Source: Okeania sp.
GTDB taxonomy: Bacteria > Cyanobacteriota > Cyanobacteriia > Cyanobacteriales > Microcoleaceae
Direction: 5' to 3'
DNA: 32,000 bases
Assembly: GCF_035285525.1 (NCBI RefSeq)
Contig: NZ_JAYKGW010000117.1
Span: 1 to 32,000, forward strand
A program made the translations under genes and the position numbers. How positions within the stretch are numbered: the stretch's first letter is position 1; every line of letters starts with the position of its first letter. Below, one piece after another: positions 17,399 through 27,043 of this stretch. A model generated the notes under the pieces. The model saw only the letters and a program-made list of their open reading frames with translations. It made no database searches and was not told where the DNA came from.

Positions 17399-18883
17399 AT
17401 GCTCTCTCAGCAAAAGAAAATTACTAGCTCAAAACTTTTTCTAATAGCATTTTTAGCAGTAGTAATGCTGTTATCTATTTTAGGAAGAGTACCTGCTATA
17501 GCTCTACCATCACCAAAACATTACACTGAACTCAAATTTCCCAAATTACCAAAATTAGAACTACCTGACTACACTCGCTTTGAACTTAAGAATGGCATCA
17601 TTGTCTATCTGATGGAAGACCATGAACTACCCCTCATTGGTGGACGTGCCTTATTTCAGACAGGTGGAAGATTTGAACCTGAAAATCAAGTAGGGTTAGC
17701 AAGTTTAACTGGAACTGTTATGCGTACAGGAGGAACAAGTCAACACCCCCCCGAAGAAATAAACCAATTCCTCGAACAAAAAGCAGCAGCAGTAGAAACA
17801 TCTATTGGTAATACTGTTGGGAGTGCCGGATTTAATTGCCTTACTGAAGACCTCACAGAAGTATTTAATTTATTTGCCGAAGTCATTCGTGAACCGGTAT
17901 TTGTTGAAGAAAAACTAGAACTTGCCAAACAACAATGGCGAGGTAGTATTGCTCGTCGGAATGACGACCCAGATTCTATTGTTAGTCGTGAGTTCCAAAA
18001 ATTGATTTATGGTAAAACAAGTCCTTATGCTCGAACTGTTGAATATGAGACTCTCAATAATATTTCCCAGGAAGATTTAATTGATTTCCATGCCAAATAT
18101 TTTCATCCTGAGAATATGATTTTGGGAATAGTGGGAGATTTTAAGACCAAAAAGATGCGATCGCTGATTCAAGAAAAATTAGGGGACTGGGAACCAACCA
18201 GTGAGAAAGTTGAATATTCTTTACCGGATGTTACTCAAGCGGAAGTTGGTAATGTATTTTTTGTGGAACAACCTCAGCTAACTCAAAGTTATGTACAAGT
18301 AGGTCATTTAGGTGGAGAATTAGATAATCCTGATTACGTAGCTTTGAGTGTAATGAATAATGTTCTAAATGGTTTAGGAGGACGTTTGTTTAATAATATT
18401 AGGTCGCGCCAAGGTTTAGCTTATTCTGTTTCTGCTTATTGGAGTCCAAACTATGATTATCCAGGAGTATTCGTTGCTGGTGGTCAAACTCGTTCGGATG
18501 CAACTGTGCCATTTATTAAGTCTATTCAGGAAGAAATTGAGCGTATTCGCACTGAACCTATTACAGAAGAAGAACTGAAGAATGCCAAAGATTCTACCAT
18601 CAATTCATTCATTTTCAATTTTCAAGAGCCTGCTCAAACTTTATCTCGTTTGATGCGATATGAATATTATGGTTATCCTAAAGATTTCATTTTCCGTTAT
18701 CGCCAAAAATTGGAAAAAGTAAGAGTAGCAGATGTACAGAGAGTTGCTGAAAAATATTTGCAACCAGAAAAAATAGTAACTTTAGTTGTGGGTAATCAAG
18801 AAGCAATTGAACCGCCTCTGAGTAGTCTGGGGAATGGAAGTAAAATTACTTCTATAGATATTACAATTCCCGAACCAAGTTAA
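17399..18883 (+). CDS. M16 (pitrilysin) family peptidase-like protein with a signal peptide. The HxxEH zinc motif is not present.
   Basis: 494 aa with an N-terminal hydrophobic signal. The M16 fold pattern is GGRFEPENQVGLASLTGTVMRTGGT, where active members carry LAHFLEHM. A second M16_C-like half is also present. Confidence 0.75.
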   Translation: MLSQQKKITSSKLFLIAFLAVVMLLSILGRVPAIALPSPKHYTELKFPKLPKLELPDYTRFELKNGIIVYLMEDHELPLIGGRALFQTGGRFEPENQVGLASLTGTVMRTGGTSQHPPEEINQFLEQKAAAVETSIGNTVGSAGFNCLTEDLTEVFNLFAEVIREPVFVEEKLELAKQQWRGSIARRNDDPDSIVSREFQKLIYGKTSPYARTVEYETLNNISQEDLIDFHAKYFHPENMILGIVGDFKTKKMRSLIQEKLGDWEPTSEKVEYSLPDVTQAEVGNVFFVEQPQLTQSYVQVGHLGGELDNPDYVALSVMNNVLNGLGGRLFNNIRSRQGLAYSVSAYWSPNYDYPGVFVAGGQTRSDATVPFIKSIQEEIERIRTEPITEEELKNAKDSTINSFIFNFQEPAQTLSRLMRYEYYGYPKDFIFRYRQKLEKVRVADVQRVAEKYLQPEKIVTLVVGNQEAIEPPLSSLGNGSKITSIDITIPEPS

Positions 18884-18889
18884 ATTCAT

Positions 18890-18973
18890 AGGAATTACGC
18901 AAAGAAACCGGGTTTCTGGGTTCAGTTCAAGCCACGAGATTTTTTTGATAAACCCAGTTTCTGCGTAAGTCCT
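18890..18973. mobile_element. MITE-like element, family B, with an internal AGAAACCGGGTTTCT palindrome
   Basis: aggaattacgca at 18890-18901 and tgcgtaagtcct at 18962-18973. It starts 7 nt after the M16 stop codon. Confidence 0.8.
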
Positions 18974-19166
18974 GATTCATTTGAGAAACGCACAAAACAG
19001 AAGAGTTAGAAAGATTTGGAAAAGTAACTTGTGACAACTGGATTTATTATCACCCCTTTATTTGACCAAAAAATCAGGGAAAATCAGGAGCCGTAGGGGC
19101 TGCTGGTTTCACCGTATGGACGTTGTATGCAACGTCCATACAATGAGTTTTCACATTAACCCAGAT

Positions 19167-19340
19167 AAACCCGCCCCATAACATATAAGCCACCGTCTAA
19201 CGGGGCGGGTCTATATAAATCTTAGAGTAAGCATGAAAATTTCCTGAGAAACCCGCCTCATAACATATAAGCCACCATCCCAGGGGCGGGTTTATGTAAA
19301 TCTTAGAGTAAGCATGAAAATCTCCTGAGAAACCCGCCCC
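19167..19340. repeat. Tandem repeat of about 2.1 units of 81-82 bp, each a family D hairpin
   Basis: Units start at 19167, 19249 and 19330 (aaacccgcc(c/t)c...ggggcgggt(c/t)t...cttagagtaagcatgaaaat). Confidence 0.9.
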
Positions 19341-19449
19341 TACCTCATTACACTCATTAGATGTGTCAGTCCGCTACCAATAGCGTTTATGGGTAAGTCC
19401 TACTTCAGTATTTCAAGCCTCTTTATTTCAGGAGAAACTGATAACTGAT

Positions 19450-20355
19450 TTAGCCTTTAATGCGATCGCGCACTTGACCTTTTTCTGCATTCTTCTCTAA
19501 AAACTCTATTATTTTACCAGAAACATCTACTCCTGTAGTATTTTCTATTCCTTCTAAACCAGGGGAAGAATTAATTTCCATAACTAACGGACCACGATCA
19601 GAACGTAATAGATCTACCCCTGCAACTCTTAACCCCATTGCTTTAGCTGAACGCATAGCAGTTGAGCGCTCTTCTGGGGTTAATTTAATTTTTTCTGCTT
19701 TACCACCGCGATGCAAATTTGACCGAAATTCTCCTTCCGCTCCCTGTCTTTTCATCGCAGCTATTACTTTATCTCCGACTACAAAACATCGTAAATCTGC
19801 ACCATCGGCTTCGGCAATAAATTCCTGTACTAAAATATTAGCATCTAAACCACGAAAAGCTTCAATAACTGACTTAGCTGCTTGATAAGTTTCAGCTAAA
19901 ACTACTCCTATTCCTTGAGTTCCTTCTAATAATTTAATTACTAAAGGAGCGCCACCAACAGTATTAATTAAACCATCAATATCTTTAGTTGAATTAGCAA
20001 AACCAGTAACAGGTAATCCGATTCCTTCTCTAGCTAATAATTGTAAACAACGTAATTTATCGCGAGACCGAGAAATGCCTTGAGAAGGATTTGCCGTAAA
20101 AACTCCCATCATTTCAAACTGTCTGACTACCGCTGTACCATAAAATGTTTTAGAAGCTCCAATGCGAGGAATAATAGCATCAAATCCTTCTAATGGTTCA
20201 CCCATATAGATAACTTGAGGCTTCATAGAAGTAATATTCATATAACATCGGAGGTAATCAATAACTTCTACTTCATGACCCCTTTTTTCTCCAGCTTCTA
20301 CTAATTTTCTAGTAGAATAAAGAGTTGGTTCCGTAGATAGAATAGCAATTTTCAT
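19450..20355 (-). CDS. rimK: RimK-type ATP-grasp alpha-L-glutamate ligase (ribosomal protein S6 modification family)
   Basis: [41 protein letters not shown]... is colinear with E. coli RimK, as I recall that sequence. I chose the start at MKIAIL (20355) rather than the upstream ATG at 20373. Confidence 0.9.
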   Translation of the reverse strand: MKIAILSTEPTLYSTRKLVEAGEKRGHEVEVIDYLRCYMNITSMKPQVIYMGEPLEGFDAIIPRIGASKTFYGTAVVRQFEMMGVFTANPSQGISRSRDKLRCLQLLAREGIGLPVTGFANSTKDIDGLINTVGGAPLVIKLLEGTQGIGVVLAETYQAAKSVIEAFRGLDANILVQEFIAEADGADLRCFVVGDKVIAAMKRQGAEGEFRSNLHRGGKAEKIKLTPEERSTAMRSAKAMGLRVAGVDLLRSDRGPLVMEINSSPGLEGIENTTGVDVSGKIIEFLEKNAEKGQVRDRIKG

Positions 20356-20375
20356 TTGGTTAATTTCTACCATTT

Positions 20376-20834
20376 TTAATTTTCTTCTTGACTAATTTTT
20401 AAGTTTTGATCTAAATAAGATTTACTAGGATTAATTAAGAATTTCTTTCGGACAGCTTGTCGTCCTAATAACATTCTAAATCCCATTAATTCCCGGTTAG
20501 TTAATGTTAACTCAATTTGCCATTTTTGGTTCATTAAATTTATTTCAGTTGAAATAACCGGACGTATTTCTGCTACCCCGCTAGAACTACGAACTTTTCT
20601 TTCATCTATTAATTCAGCTTCAGCAGTTACTATTAGATTGGTATCTTTTTGCTGGGGATGAACTTTAAATTTTACCATCCGTTTGCCATCAATTTCAAAA
20701 GTTTTAATATCAAAAGCGTGTAAAGCAGAAGAACGGGCACCAGTATCAATTTTTGCTTTAATTTTAGTAATGCCAATTTCGGGTAATATTACCCATTCTC
20801 GCCAGCCAATAATTGGTAATTCTTGATGTTTCAT
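20376..20834 (-). CDS. RimB-like retropepsin-type protease (family annotated as ATP-dependent zinc protease, DUF785)
   Basis: [33 protein letters not shown] (DTGA motif) and the family-typical end LLGRQAV. It lies immediately upstream of rimK on the same strand. I chose the ATG at 20834 because the track start at 20876 is TTG. Confidence 0.8.
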   Translation of the reverse strand: MKHQELPIIGWREWVILPEIGITKIKAKIDTGARSSALHAFDIKTFEIDGKRMVKFKVHPQQKDTNLIVTAEAELIDERKVRSSSGVAEIRPVISTEINLMNQKWQIELTLTNRELMGFRMLLGRQAVRKKFLINPSKSYLDQNLKISQEEN

Positions 20835-20880
20835 TTTGAGTTTTAGGGAATAGGGAGTGGGGAATATAGGAAGCAATAGA

Positions 20881-21321
20881 TGTAGGTTGGGTTGTTACCG
20901 TTAGGGTTGCGTAGCATGGAACGAAACCCAACAAATTTAAGAGTAATATCAAATCCGTTGCCAACGGAAGTGTTATAAGAAACCAGGTTTATAGTAGATT
21001 TAGGTTCGGTTTCGGGCCTCAACCCAACATTGAGCATTTTTTGTATCAGGACTTACGCAAAGGCATTATATATAGAGTATTGGTGCGTTGTGCGTTGTAC
21101 GCTTTACATGTCGCGTAGCGAAACGCACCCTACCAATAGCGTTCGTGCGTAAGTCCTAGTATAAAAGTTCTGTGTAGATACTTATCACTTTTCACTAATA
21201 TCATTAAGATGGTGCGTTACGGCGCAATTTTATGTTTTGAGGTACAAACCATATTTACACGGTTGCGCCTAACACACCCTACTGGAGTCTAGTTGGGTTT
21301 CGTCCCTCAACCCAACCTACA
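20881..21321. mobile_element. Composite or nested MITE: a family A shell containing family B (21048-21156) and family F pieces
   Basis: tgtaggttgggtt at 20881 and aacccaacctaca at 21309-21321. Inside are aggacttacgca...tgcgtaagtcct (21048-21156), ggtgcgtt...aacgcaccctac (about 21095-21140) and a second F-like unit (about 21208-21285). Confidence 0.75.
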
Positions 21322-21326
21322 GGTTT

Positions 21327-22487
21327 TTAACTTTTAACTTTTAACTTTTGACTTTTATAAAATGGTCGCTTCACAACAATAGCAGCATAATTTTTTCCCC
21401 TAATTTCTACTTCTAATTTTTGACCTATTTTTGCTAAATTTTTCGGTACATAAGCGAGAGCGATCGCTTTCCCTAAAGTAGGAGACTTAGTACCGCTAGT
21501 CACTTCTCCTACCACTTCACCATTACTCAAAACAGGATAACCATGACGAGCAATACCGCGATCGAGCATTTCCAGACCCACTAAACGTTTTAAAACTCCC
21601 TCCGACTTTTGTGCTTCCAAAACCGGACGACCAATAAATTCTCCTTTTTTCTCCAGGTGAACTAACCAACTTAAACCTGCTTCCAGAGGAGTAGTTTCAG
21701 TATCAATATCTTGCCCATAAAGTGCCATCGCAGCTTCTAAACGCAGAGTATCCCTTGCTCCTAAACCGCAGGGAGTAACCCCAGCATTCAACAAACTTCG
21801 CCATAACTCCATACCCACGGCGGGATCTACCATAATTTCAAAGCCATCTTCCCCAGTATAACCAGTTCTGGCAATAAAACCTGGTTGTTCTAATACAGTA
21901 ATATCTGAATGCCCAAAAAATCCAATTGATGCTAAATTTTCTTTAATAAATTGTTGTAAATATTGTTCTGCTTCCGGACCTTGAACAGCTAATAATACTT
22001 TTTCTTCAGAGATGTCTTGAAATTTAACACCACTATTTTCTAAATGACTTAATATCCATGCTTTATCATTAGCTTTAGTAGCAGCATTAACAATCATAAA
22101 ACCCCGTGGTTCGTTGGTGAGGGGGTCGTTACTTTGACGATAGAAAATCAAGTCATCAATAATGCCTCCTTGAGGGTTTAATAAGACAGTATATTGAGCT
22201 TTACCAGGTTCTAAACTGCTCAGATCGGAAGGTATTAAATATTGAATTTTCTCAATTAAATCCTGGCCTTGAGCTATAAATTTACCCATGTGAGAAATGT
22301 CGAACATTCCTGCTTTTGTCCGTACTGCCTCATGTTCCGTTCTGATACTGGTGTATTGTACTGGCATTTCCCACCCAGAAAATTCTACCATTCTGGCCTT
22401 AAGTTCGGTACATAAGTCGTATAAGGGCGTGCGAGAAAGAGGTTGTGTATTAGATTCTGTTGAATTGGCCACTTGTATGTCTCTCAT
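21327..22487 (-). CDS. gcvT: Glycine cleavage system aminomethyltransferase T
   Basis: 386 aa with an ATG start. TPLYDL...MVEFSGWEMPVQYTSIRTEHEAVRTKAGMFDISHMGKF and the rest are colinear with GcvT. Confidence 0.9.
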   Translation of the reverse strand: MRDIQVANSTESNTQPLSRTPLYDLCTELKARMVEFSGWEMPVQYTSIRTEHEAVRTKAGMFDISHMGKFIAQGQDLIEKIQYLIPSDLSSLEPGKAQYTVLLNPQGGIIDDLIFYRQSNDPLTNEPRGFMIVNAATKANDKAWILSHLENSGVKFQDISEEKVLLAVQGPEAEQYLQQFIKENLASIGFFGHSDITVLEQPGFIARTGYTGEDGFEIMVDPAVGMELWRSLLNAGVTPCGLGARDTLRLEAAMALYGQDIDTETTPLEAGLSWLVHLEKKGEFIGRPVLEAQKSEGVLKRLVGLEMLDRGIARHGYPVLSNGEVVGEVTSGTKSPTLGKAIALAYVPKNLAKIGQKLEVEIRGKNYAAIVVKRPFYKSQKLKVKS

Positions 22488-22640
22488 TTGTATATAATAA
22501 ACTTTAATTTTAGGACATTTTAGGTATTAACACATAGGAAGAAAGGCAAAAGGGAAAGAAAAGTTCACAGGAAAAAGATTTTTATTACTGATTATCCGAA
22601 CATGATGTTATGTTATTTCCAGATCAAAAGTAACTTTGAA

Positions 22641-22720
22641 GTCATTGCGACTCGAACGGAGTGGAAGGAAGCAATCTCCGCGCACCCCTAAGATAGATTG
22701 CTTCCTATCCTCGCAATGAC
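22641..22720. repeat. 80-nt two-tier hairpin element in the gcvT upstream region, flanked by direct repeats of about 47 bp
   Basis: The outer stem is gtcattgcga / tcgcaatgac (22641-22650 / 22711-22720). The inner stem is ggaagcaatct / agattgcttcc. The direct repeats aag(t/g)ttcacaggaaaaagatttt...attatccg(a/g)a lie at about 22561-22607 and about 22776-22823. Confidence 0.75.
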
Positions 22721-22914
22721 AACTTTTCAACCTGATTCTATAATAAGTAGCGATCGCTCTTTAGGAAATAAAAGAAAGGTTCATAGGAAAAAGATTTTTT
22801 ATCACTAATTATCCGGAAATGATATACCAATCATAAATAGGTTGTGACAAATAAAAAAGACAAAAAATTCCTTTGAGCCAATCTTCTCCTTGAAAAAAAA
22901 TAGGTAATTATTAA

Positions 22915-23643
22915 TTACTCAGATGTACCCTGATAAAGAGCCAATTTCTGTCTGTAAATTTCTAGAAGTTTAGGCATAAGTAGTTGTACATCTGTTTCAG
23001 TTTCTCCAAATGAAGGCCAGACCATATATAACTTTTTAAAAGCTTCTTCTATTCTCCCTTCTTCAATATCTTTGAGAGCGTTTTTGTCTCTAATTAATTC
23101 TATAGCTACACGATCTTGATAGATAGGACTAAAATTCTTAGCTTTGACTCCAGGAGCAAATGTATCCCAAGAGGTACTCAAAAATTGATATCTGCCTGCT
23201 GCATCAGAACAAAGTTTTTTGCCATTGCTTAAGGCACATTTTAGTTCTCTAGGATGGTCTTCAAAACTGGAGAAATGACTGCCTGTATATTGACGATAAT
23301 AACCTCTTGGTCCGCTTGTTCCTTCTGTGATAGAGATGGTATCTAGAAATGCTCTAATTCTAGGAACGTTGACTGGATAAGCCCAATTTTGGGCAGGGTC
23401 AATTTCGGGCATGATTACTGATATTATTGGTTCGGTTTTATCATCATTTTCATTGTTATTTATTTGCAGAAATAGTTGTGATATTACTATGAATAATCCT
23501 AAAATTATTAATAGGGAATAAGCTAATTTGGGGTTAAATATTTTGGCTAAATTTAAGGTCTTTTTCTGGGATTTTTTATAAGCACGGTAATTATTAATTT
23601 TGTTTTCTGCCGATCTTCTTGGTTGTATTTGTTGGTTATACAT
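22915..23643 (-). CDS. Glycoside hydrolase family 104 (lambda R-type lytic transglycosylase) with an N-terminal membrane anchor
   Basis: IRAFLDTISITEGT...DHPRE...AAGRYQFLSTSW...NFSPIYQDRVAIELI parallels the lambda R motifs AFLDMLAWSEGT, DHPR and AGRYQLL. A TM segment lies at residues ~40-60. Confidence 0.8.
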   Translation of the reverse strand: MYNQQIQPRRSAENKINNYRAYKKSQKKTLNLAKIFNPKLAYSLLIILGLFIVISQLFLQINNNENDDKTEPIISVIMPEIDPAQNWAYPVNVPRIRAFLDTISITEGTSGPRGYYRQYTGSHFSSFEDHPRELKCALSNGKKLCSDAAGRYQFLSTSWDTFAPGVKAKNFSPIYQDRVAIELIRDKNALKDIEEGRIEEAFKKLYMVWPSFGETETDVQLLMPKLLEIYRQKLALYQGTSE

Positions 23644-23697
23644 GATATATTGACTAAATTTTTCACATTAAAAGAATAGATTGATTAAATATAATTA

Positions 23698-23869
23698 GGA
23701 CTTACGCAAAGGCAATATATGTAGCATGAACGCTACCGGTAGGGTGTGTTTTCGGCGCTTGAGCCGACATGAAACGCTACGCTACATGGAAAGCGGAGCA
23801 TTCCCTATACGAAAAAGCGTATCTCGTAACACACCTAGACTCTAGATAGAGCGCCTCTGCGTAAGTCCT
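23698..23869. mobile_element. MITE-like element, family B (172 bp) with a family F-like interior
   Basis: aggacttacgca at 23698-23709 and tgcgtaagtcct at 23858-23869. The interior reads tagggtgtgtt...aacacaccta. Confidence 0.8.
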
Positions 23870-24093
23870 GTAGATGTATCTCAAAAGCTGAATGCTTGCT
23901 GACGGCTAAATGCTTACCTTATTTTACCTATAAAATAAGATAAATCAAAAGTCAAGCATGAGGTACCCTGATTACAGCCTAGAAGGCTGTGTTACAAGGG
24001 TTTTATCTTTAATATTTATACCTGATACTAAAATTTGCTGATTTTGGTAGAAATTAATGAAAGTTCCTGATCAGCTCTTTCCTAATGCTTAAA

Positions 24094-25065
24094 TCATGTA
24101 AATGAAAGTTCTAACATTTTTTGAATAGGTTTCAATGCTGCTATCCGTGTTCCTTCTGGAATTGTAATTTCTGGTGTCTTATTTTTCATTGCTAAATAAA
24201 GCTTTTCTAAAGTATTCAACCTCATGTGGGGGCATTCGTTACAAGCACAATTATTGATTGCAGGTGCAGGAATAAAATTTTTGTTCTTTGCTTTGTTCTC
24301 CATCTGATGAATAATACCTGGTTCGGTTGCGACAATAAATTCTTGACTTTGACTTTCCTGACAATATTTTAAAAGAGCAGTGGTGGAACCAATATAACTA
24401 GCATGACGCAATACATTTTGTTCGCATTCTGGATGAGCAATAATCTCAGCTTCGGGATGTTCGATTTTTAATTGTACAATCTTTTTCTCAGAGAATGTTT
24501 CGTGAACCATACAACTACCTTCCCACAAAATCAAATCTCTTCCAGTTTGTTCAATGACGTAACGACCGAGGTTTTTGTCTGGAGCAAAAATTATCGGTTG
24601 ATCTGTTGGTATTTGGTTAACTATTTTGACTGAGTTGGAACTGGTACAAATAATATCACTCATCGCTTTAATAGCAGCAGTACAATTAATATAAGAAATG
24701 ACTATGGCATCAGGATGAGCAGCTTTAAATTTGCTAAATTCTTCTGGGGGACAACTATCGGCGAGGGAACAACCTGCATTTAGGTCTGGGAGAAGTACCA
24801 GTTTATTGGGGTTGAGAATTTTTGCAGTTTCTGCCATAAAATGAACTCCAGCAAATACTATCACATCTGCATCAGTTTCAGCCGCTTTTTGGGAAAGACC
24901 GAGAGAGTCGCCAATATAGTCCGCAATATCTTGAATATCGGGTTCTTGATAATAGTGAGCCAGAATCACAGCATTTAATTTTTGCTTGAGAGCGGCGATC
25001 GCTTGAAACAAATCGTGAGGTATATTATTAAAAGTTTGGTTGGTTGGAGATTGGGTTGCAAACAT
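24094..25065 (-). CDS. nadA: Quinolinate synthase A
   Basis: [55 protein letters not shown] and the rest are colinear with NadA. I chose the ATG at 25065 (MFATQ...) because the track start at 25104 is TTG. Confidence 0.9.
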   Translation of the reverse strand: MFATQSPTNQTFNNIPHDLFQAIAALKQKLNAVILAHYYQEPDIQDIADYIGDSLGLSQKAAETDADVIVFAGVHFMAETAKILNPNKLVLLPDLNAGCSLADSCPPEEFSKFKAAHPDAIVISYINCTAAIKAMSDIICTSSNSVKIVNQIPTDQPIIFAPDKNLGRYVIEQTGRDLILWEGSCMVHETFSEKKIVQLKIEHPEAEIIAHPECEQNVLRHASYIGSTTALLKYCQESQSQEFIVATEPGIIHQMENKAKNKNFIPAPAINNCACNECPHMRLNTLEKLYLAMKNKTPEITIPEGTRIAALKPIQKMLELSFT

Positions 25066-25303
25066 TATTAAATTTTCCTGTAATTTATAAGTGACTAATA
25101 CCAATTCACTAAACTATTATCTGAGCAAAGTTTTTAGTCAATCAAATCTAACCTTCTAACTTCAGTGAAATAGTATAAGTGTCTATAATTAGCCATTTGA
25201 GATAGTTTTATTAATTATAGTAGAATTTACGGATTTAAGATATTAATAAGTTATAAAAAGGTTATTTCAGTTATCAGCTATCATAACTGGGGTGGGGCGC
25301 AAA

Positions 25304-25399
25304 GAAGCCGGGTTTCTGGTTCCCCAAAATGTTGATTACAACAAAATTCCCGAAGCCGGGTTTCTGGTTCCCCAAAATGTTGATTACAACAAAATTCCC
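25304..25399. repeat. Perfect tandem duplication, 2 x 48 bp, spanning the stop codon of the nucleoside transporter gene
   Basis: gaagccgggtttctggttccccaaaatgttgattacaacaaaattccc at 25304-25351 repeats exactly at 25352-25399. The second copy contains the last 4 sense codons plus 1 nt of the preceding codon, and the TAA (25384-25386), of the minus-strand gene. Confidence 0.95.
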
Positions 25400-26613
25400 G
25401 CAATACAAGCAGTCATAAAACAAGCGATGGAACCTCCAATCATAGCTCTAAATCCCAATTTTGCTAAATCGCGCTGCCGGGATGGAGCAATAGTACCGAT
25501 TCCACCTATCTGGACAGCAATGGAACCAATATTAGAAAATCCACATAAAGCATAAGTGGCAATAACTTGCGATCGCTCGGAAATAACATTAACTGTTTCG
25601 CCTTTTTGAGAATTTTCAATCAGTGTCTTTAAATCCAAATAAGCAATAAATTCATTCAAAATCGTTTTCTTACCCAACAAAACCCCCACTTGACTACAGT
25701 CTATCCAAGGTACTCCCATCAACCAAGCAACAGGAGCAAACAATAAAGCAAAAATCGACTCCAAAGATAACTTAGGTAACCCGAAACCACCACCTATCCA
25801 TGCCAATATTCCATTGATCATCGCCACCAAACCTAAAAAAGCAATCAACATTGCTCCCACATTAACAGCTAATTTTGCTCCTTCTCTAGCGCCCGTTGTT
25901 GCTGCATCAATCACATTAGCATAAGTCTGCTTTACCTCCACTTTCACCGTTCCCGCAGTGGGAGACTCTTCTGTTTCTGGGAACAATATTTTTGATATTG
26001 CCAATGCTGCGGGTGCCGACATTACGGAAGCAGCAAGCAAATGTTCGGCAGGTATTCCAAAAGAAATATAAGCTGCTAATACTCCTCCCGCAACCGTAGC
26101 AAAACCACCAGTCATAACCGCGTGTAATTCTGAAAGAGTCATAGTTTCCACATAAGGTTTAATTATCAACGGCGCTTCTGTGGAACCGACAAAAATATTA
26201 GCGGAACAAGAGAGAGATTCGGCACCGGAAGTTTTCATGGTTTTTAACATTATCCATGCAAATAATTTAACTACTCGTTGCAAAATTCCATAGTGATACA
26301 GAATAGTAATTAATGAAGAGAAAAAGATAATTGTTGGTAGTATTTGGAAGGCAACAAAATGGTCAAGATAGTCATCTCCAAAGACAAATTTTGCTCCAGC
26401 ATCAGAAAATTTTAATAATTGACTAACTACATCGGCAATAAATTGAAACACTATTAAACCAGTTTTACTCTTTAAAATTATTAGTGCAAATAATAATTGT
26501 AAACCTATTCCCCAAAAAACAGGTTGCCATTTAATTTTGTTTCTTTTTGCAGATAAAAGAATGGCTATACCTACAAAAACTATTAATCCTAATGCTGATA
26601 TTAATCTTTCCAC
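25384..26613 (-). CDS. NupC/CNT family concentrative nucleoside transporter
   Basis: A 409-aa polytopic membrane protein. The N-terminus ...LLSAKRNKIKWQPVFWGIGLQLLFALIIL and the C-terminal half ...GFSNIGSIAVQIGGIGTIAPSRQRDLAKLGFRAMIGG are typical of NupC. The start codon is GTG, so the exact start is uncertain. Confidence 0.85.
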   Translation of the reverse strand: MERLISALGLIVFVGIAILLSAKRNKIKWQPVFWGIGLQLLFALIILKSKTGLIVFQFIADVVSQLLKFSDAGAKFVFGDDYLDHFVAFQILPTIIFFSSLITILYHYGILQRVVKLFAWIMLKTMKTSGAESLSCSANIFVGSTEAPLIIKPYVETMTLSELHAVMTGGFATVAGGVLAAYISFGIPAEHLLAASVMSAPAALAISKILFPETEESPTAGTVKVEVKQTYANVIDAATTGAREGAKLAVNVGAMLIAFLGLVAMINGILAWIGGGFGLPKLSLESIFALLFAPVAWLMGVPWIDCSQVGVLLGKKTILNEFIAYLDLKTLIENSQKGETVNVISERSQVIATYALCGFSNIGSIAVQIGGIGTIAPSRQRDLAKLGFRAMIGGSIACFMTACIAGILL

Positions 26614-26664
26614 AATTTATTATATTTCCTCTAATTTATTGTACTCAAATAACATACCTAAAAA

Positions 26665-26915
26665 TGTAGGTTGGGTTAAGGTAGAAAACCCAATCCAATA
26701 ATTATTATTCCATAAATATAGATTAGGTTGAGGCAGAAAGAAACCCAAAAAAACAACAAAACCTGATAATTTTTTAATACAGTTCAGTTCAGAGGAAAAC
26801 TCCTATAATATCAAACTATTAGATACGCTTTTCCCACTATAAAACTGCCCAAAAAAAATCCTTAACTGAACCTATTAGATTATTGTTGGGTTTCACTCCA
26901 TTTAACCCAACCTAC
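26665..26915. mobile_element. MITE-like element, family A (about 250 bp)
   Basis: tgtaggttgggtt at 26665 and aacccaacctac at 26904-26915. It lies in the divergent nupC/der intergenic region and contains no ORF. Confidence 0.8.
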
Positions 26916-27043
26916 GCCCTATTTAAGTACATAATATATAAATAGATGTAGAGATAGTCCAGTAGTAACACACTGCCTATCCCAGATTTTATAGTTGGTA
27001 ACTAACAGCTAAAAACTGATAACTGAAAACTAATAACTGAAAT

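Noticed and set aside
22640-22725. A tRNA-like or riboswitch-like element upstream of gcvT, suggested by the gactcgaac string and strong stems.
   Set aside because: There is no cloverleaf and no T-loop GTTCRA context with an acceptor stem. The structure is one long two-tier hairpin. The conserved glycine riboswitch cores are absent on either strand.
22915-23643. The GH104 lambda-type lysozyme as evidence of a prophage.
   Set aside because: There are no other phage genes around it: gcvT lies on one side and nadA on the other. It also has a membrane anchor. It looks like a resident cell-wall enzyme.
5087-25104. Longer N-terminal extensions given by the track for fabG (5087), aguA (13187), rimK (20373), the rimB-like gene (20876) and nadA (25104).
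   Set aside because: Four extensions begin at TTG and the rimK one at an upstream ATG. All add residues absent from the conserved N-termini of the families. Downstream ATGs give the canonical starts (MEVLPE, MNRRLF, MKIAIL, MKHQEL, MFATQS).
7678-25555. ORFs that run across repeat elements: 7678..7956, 13376..13570, 13412..13627, 16803..17006, 20764..20964, 20843..21037 and 25292..25555.
   Set aside because: Their sequence is made of MITE arms or tandem repeat units (for example the duplicated EAGFLVPQNVDYNKIP in 25292..25555). They show no family resemblance, and several have non-ATG starts.
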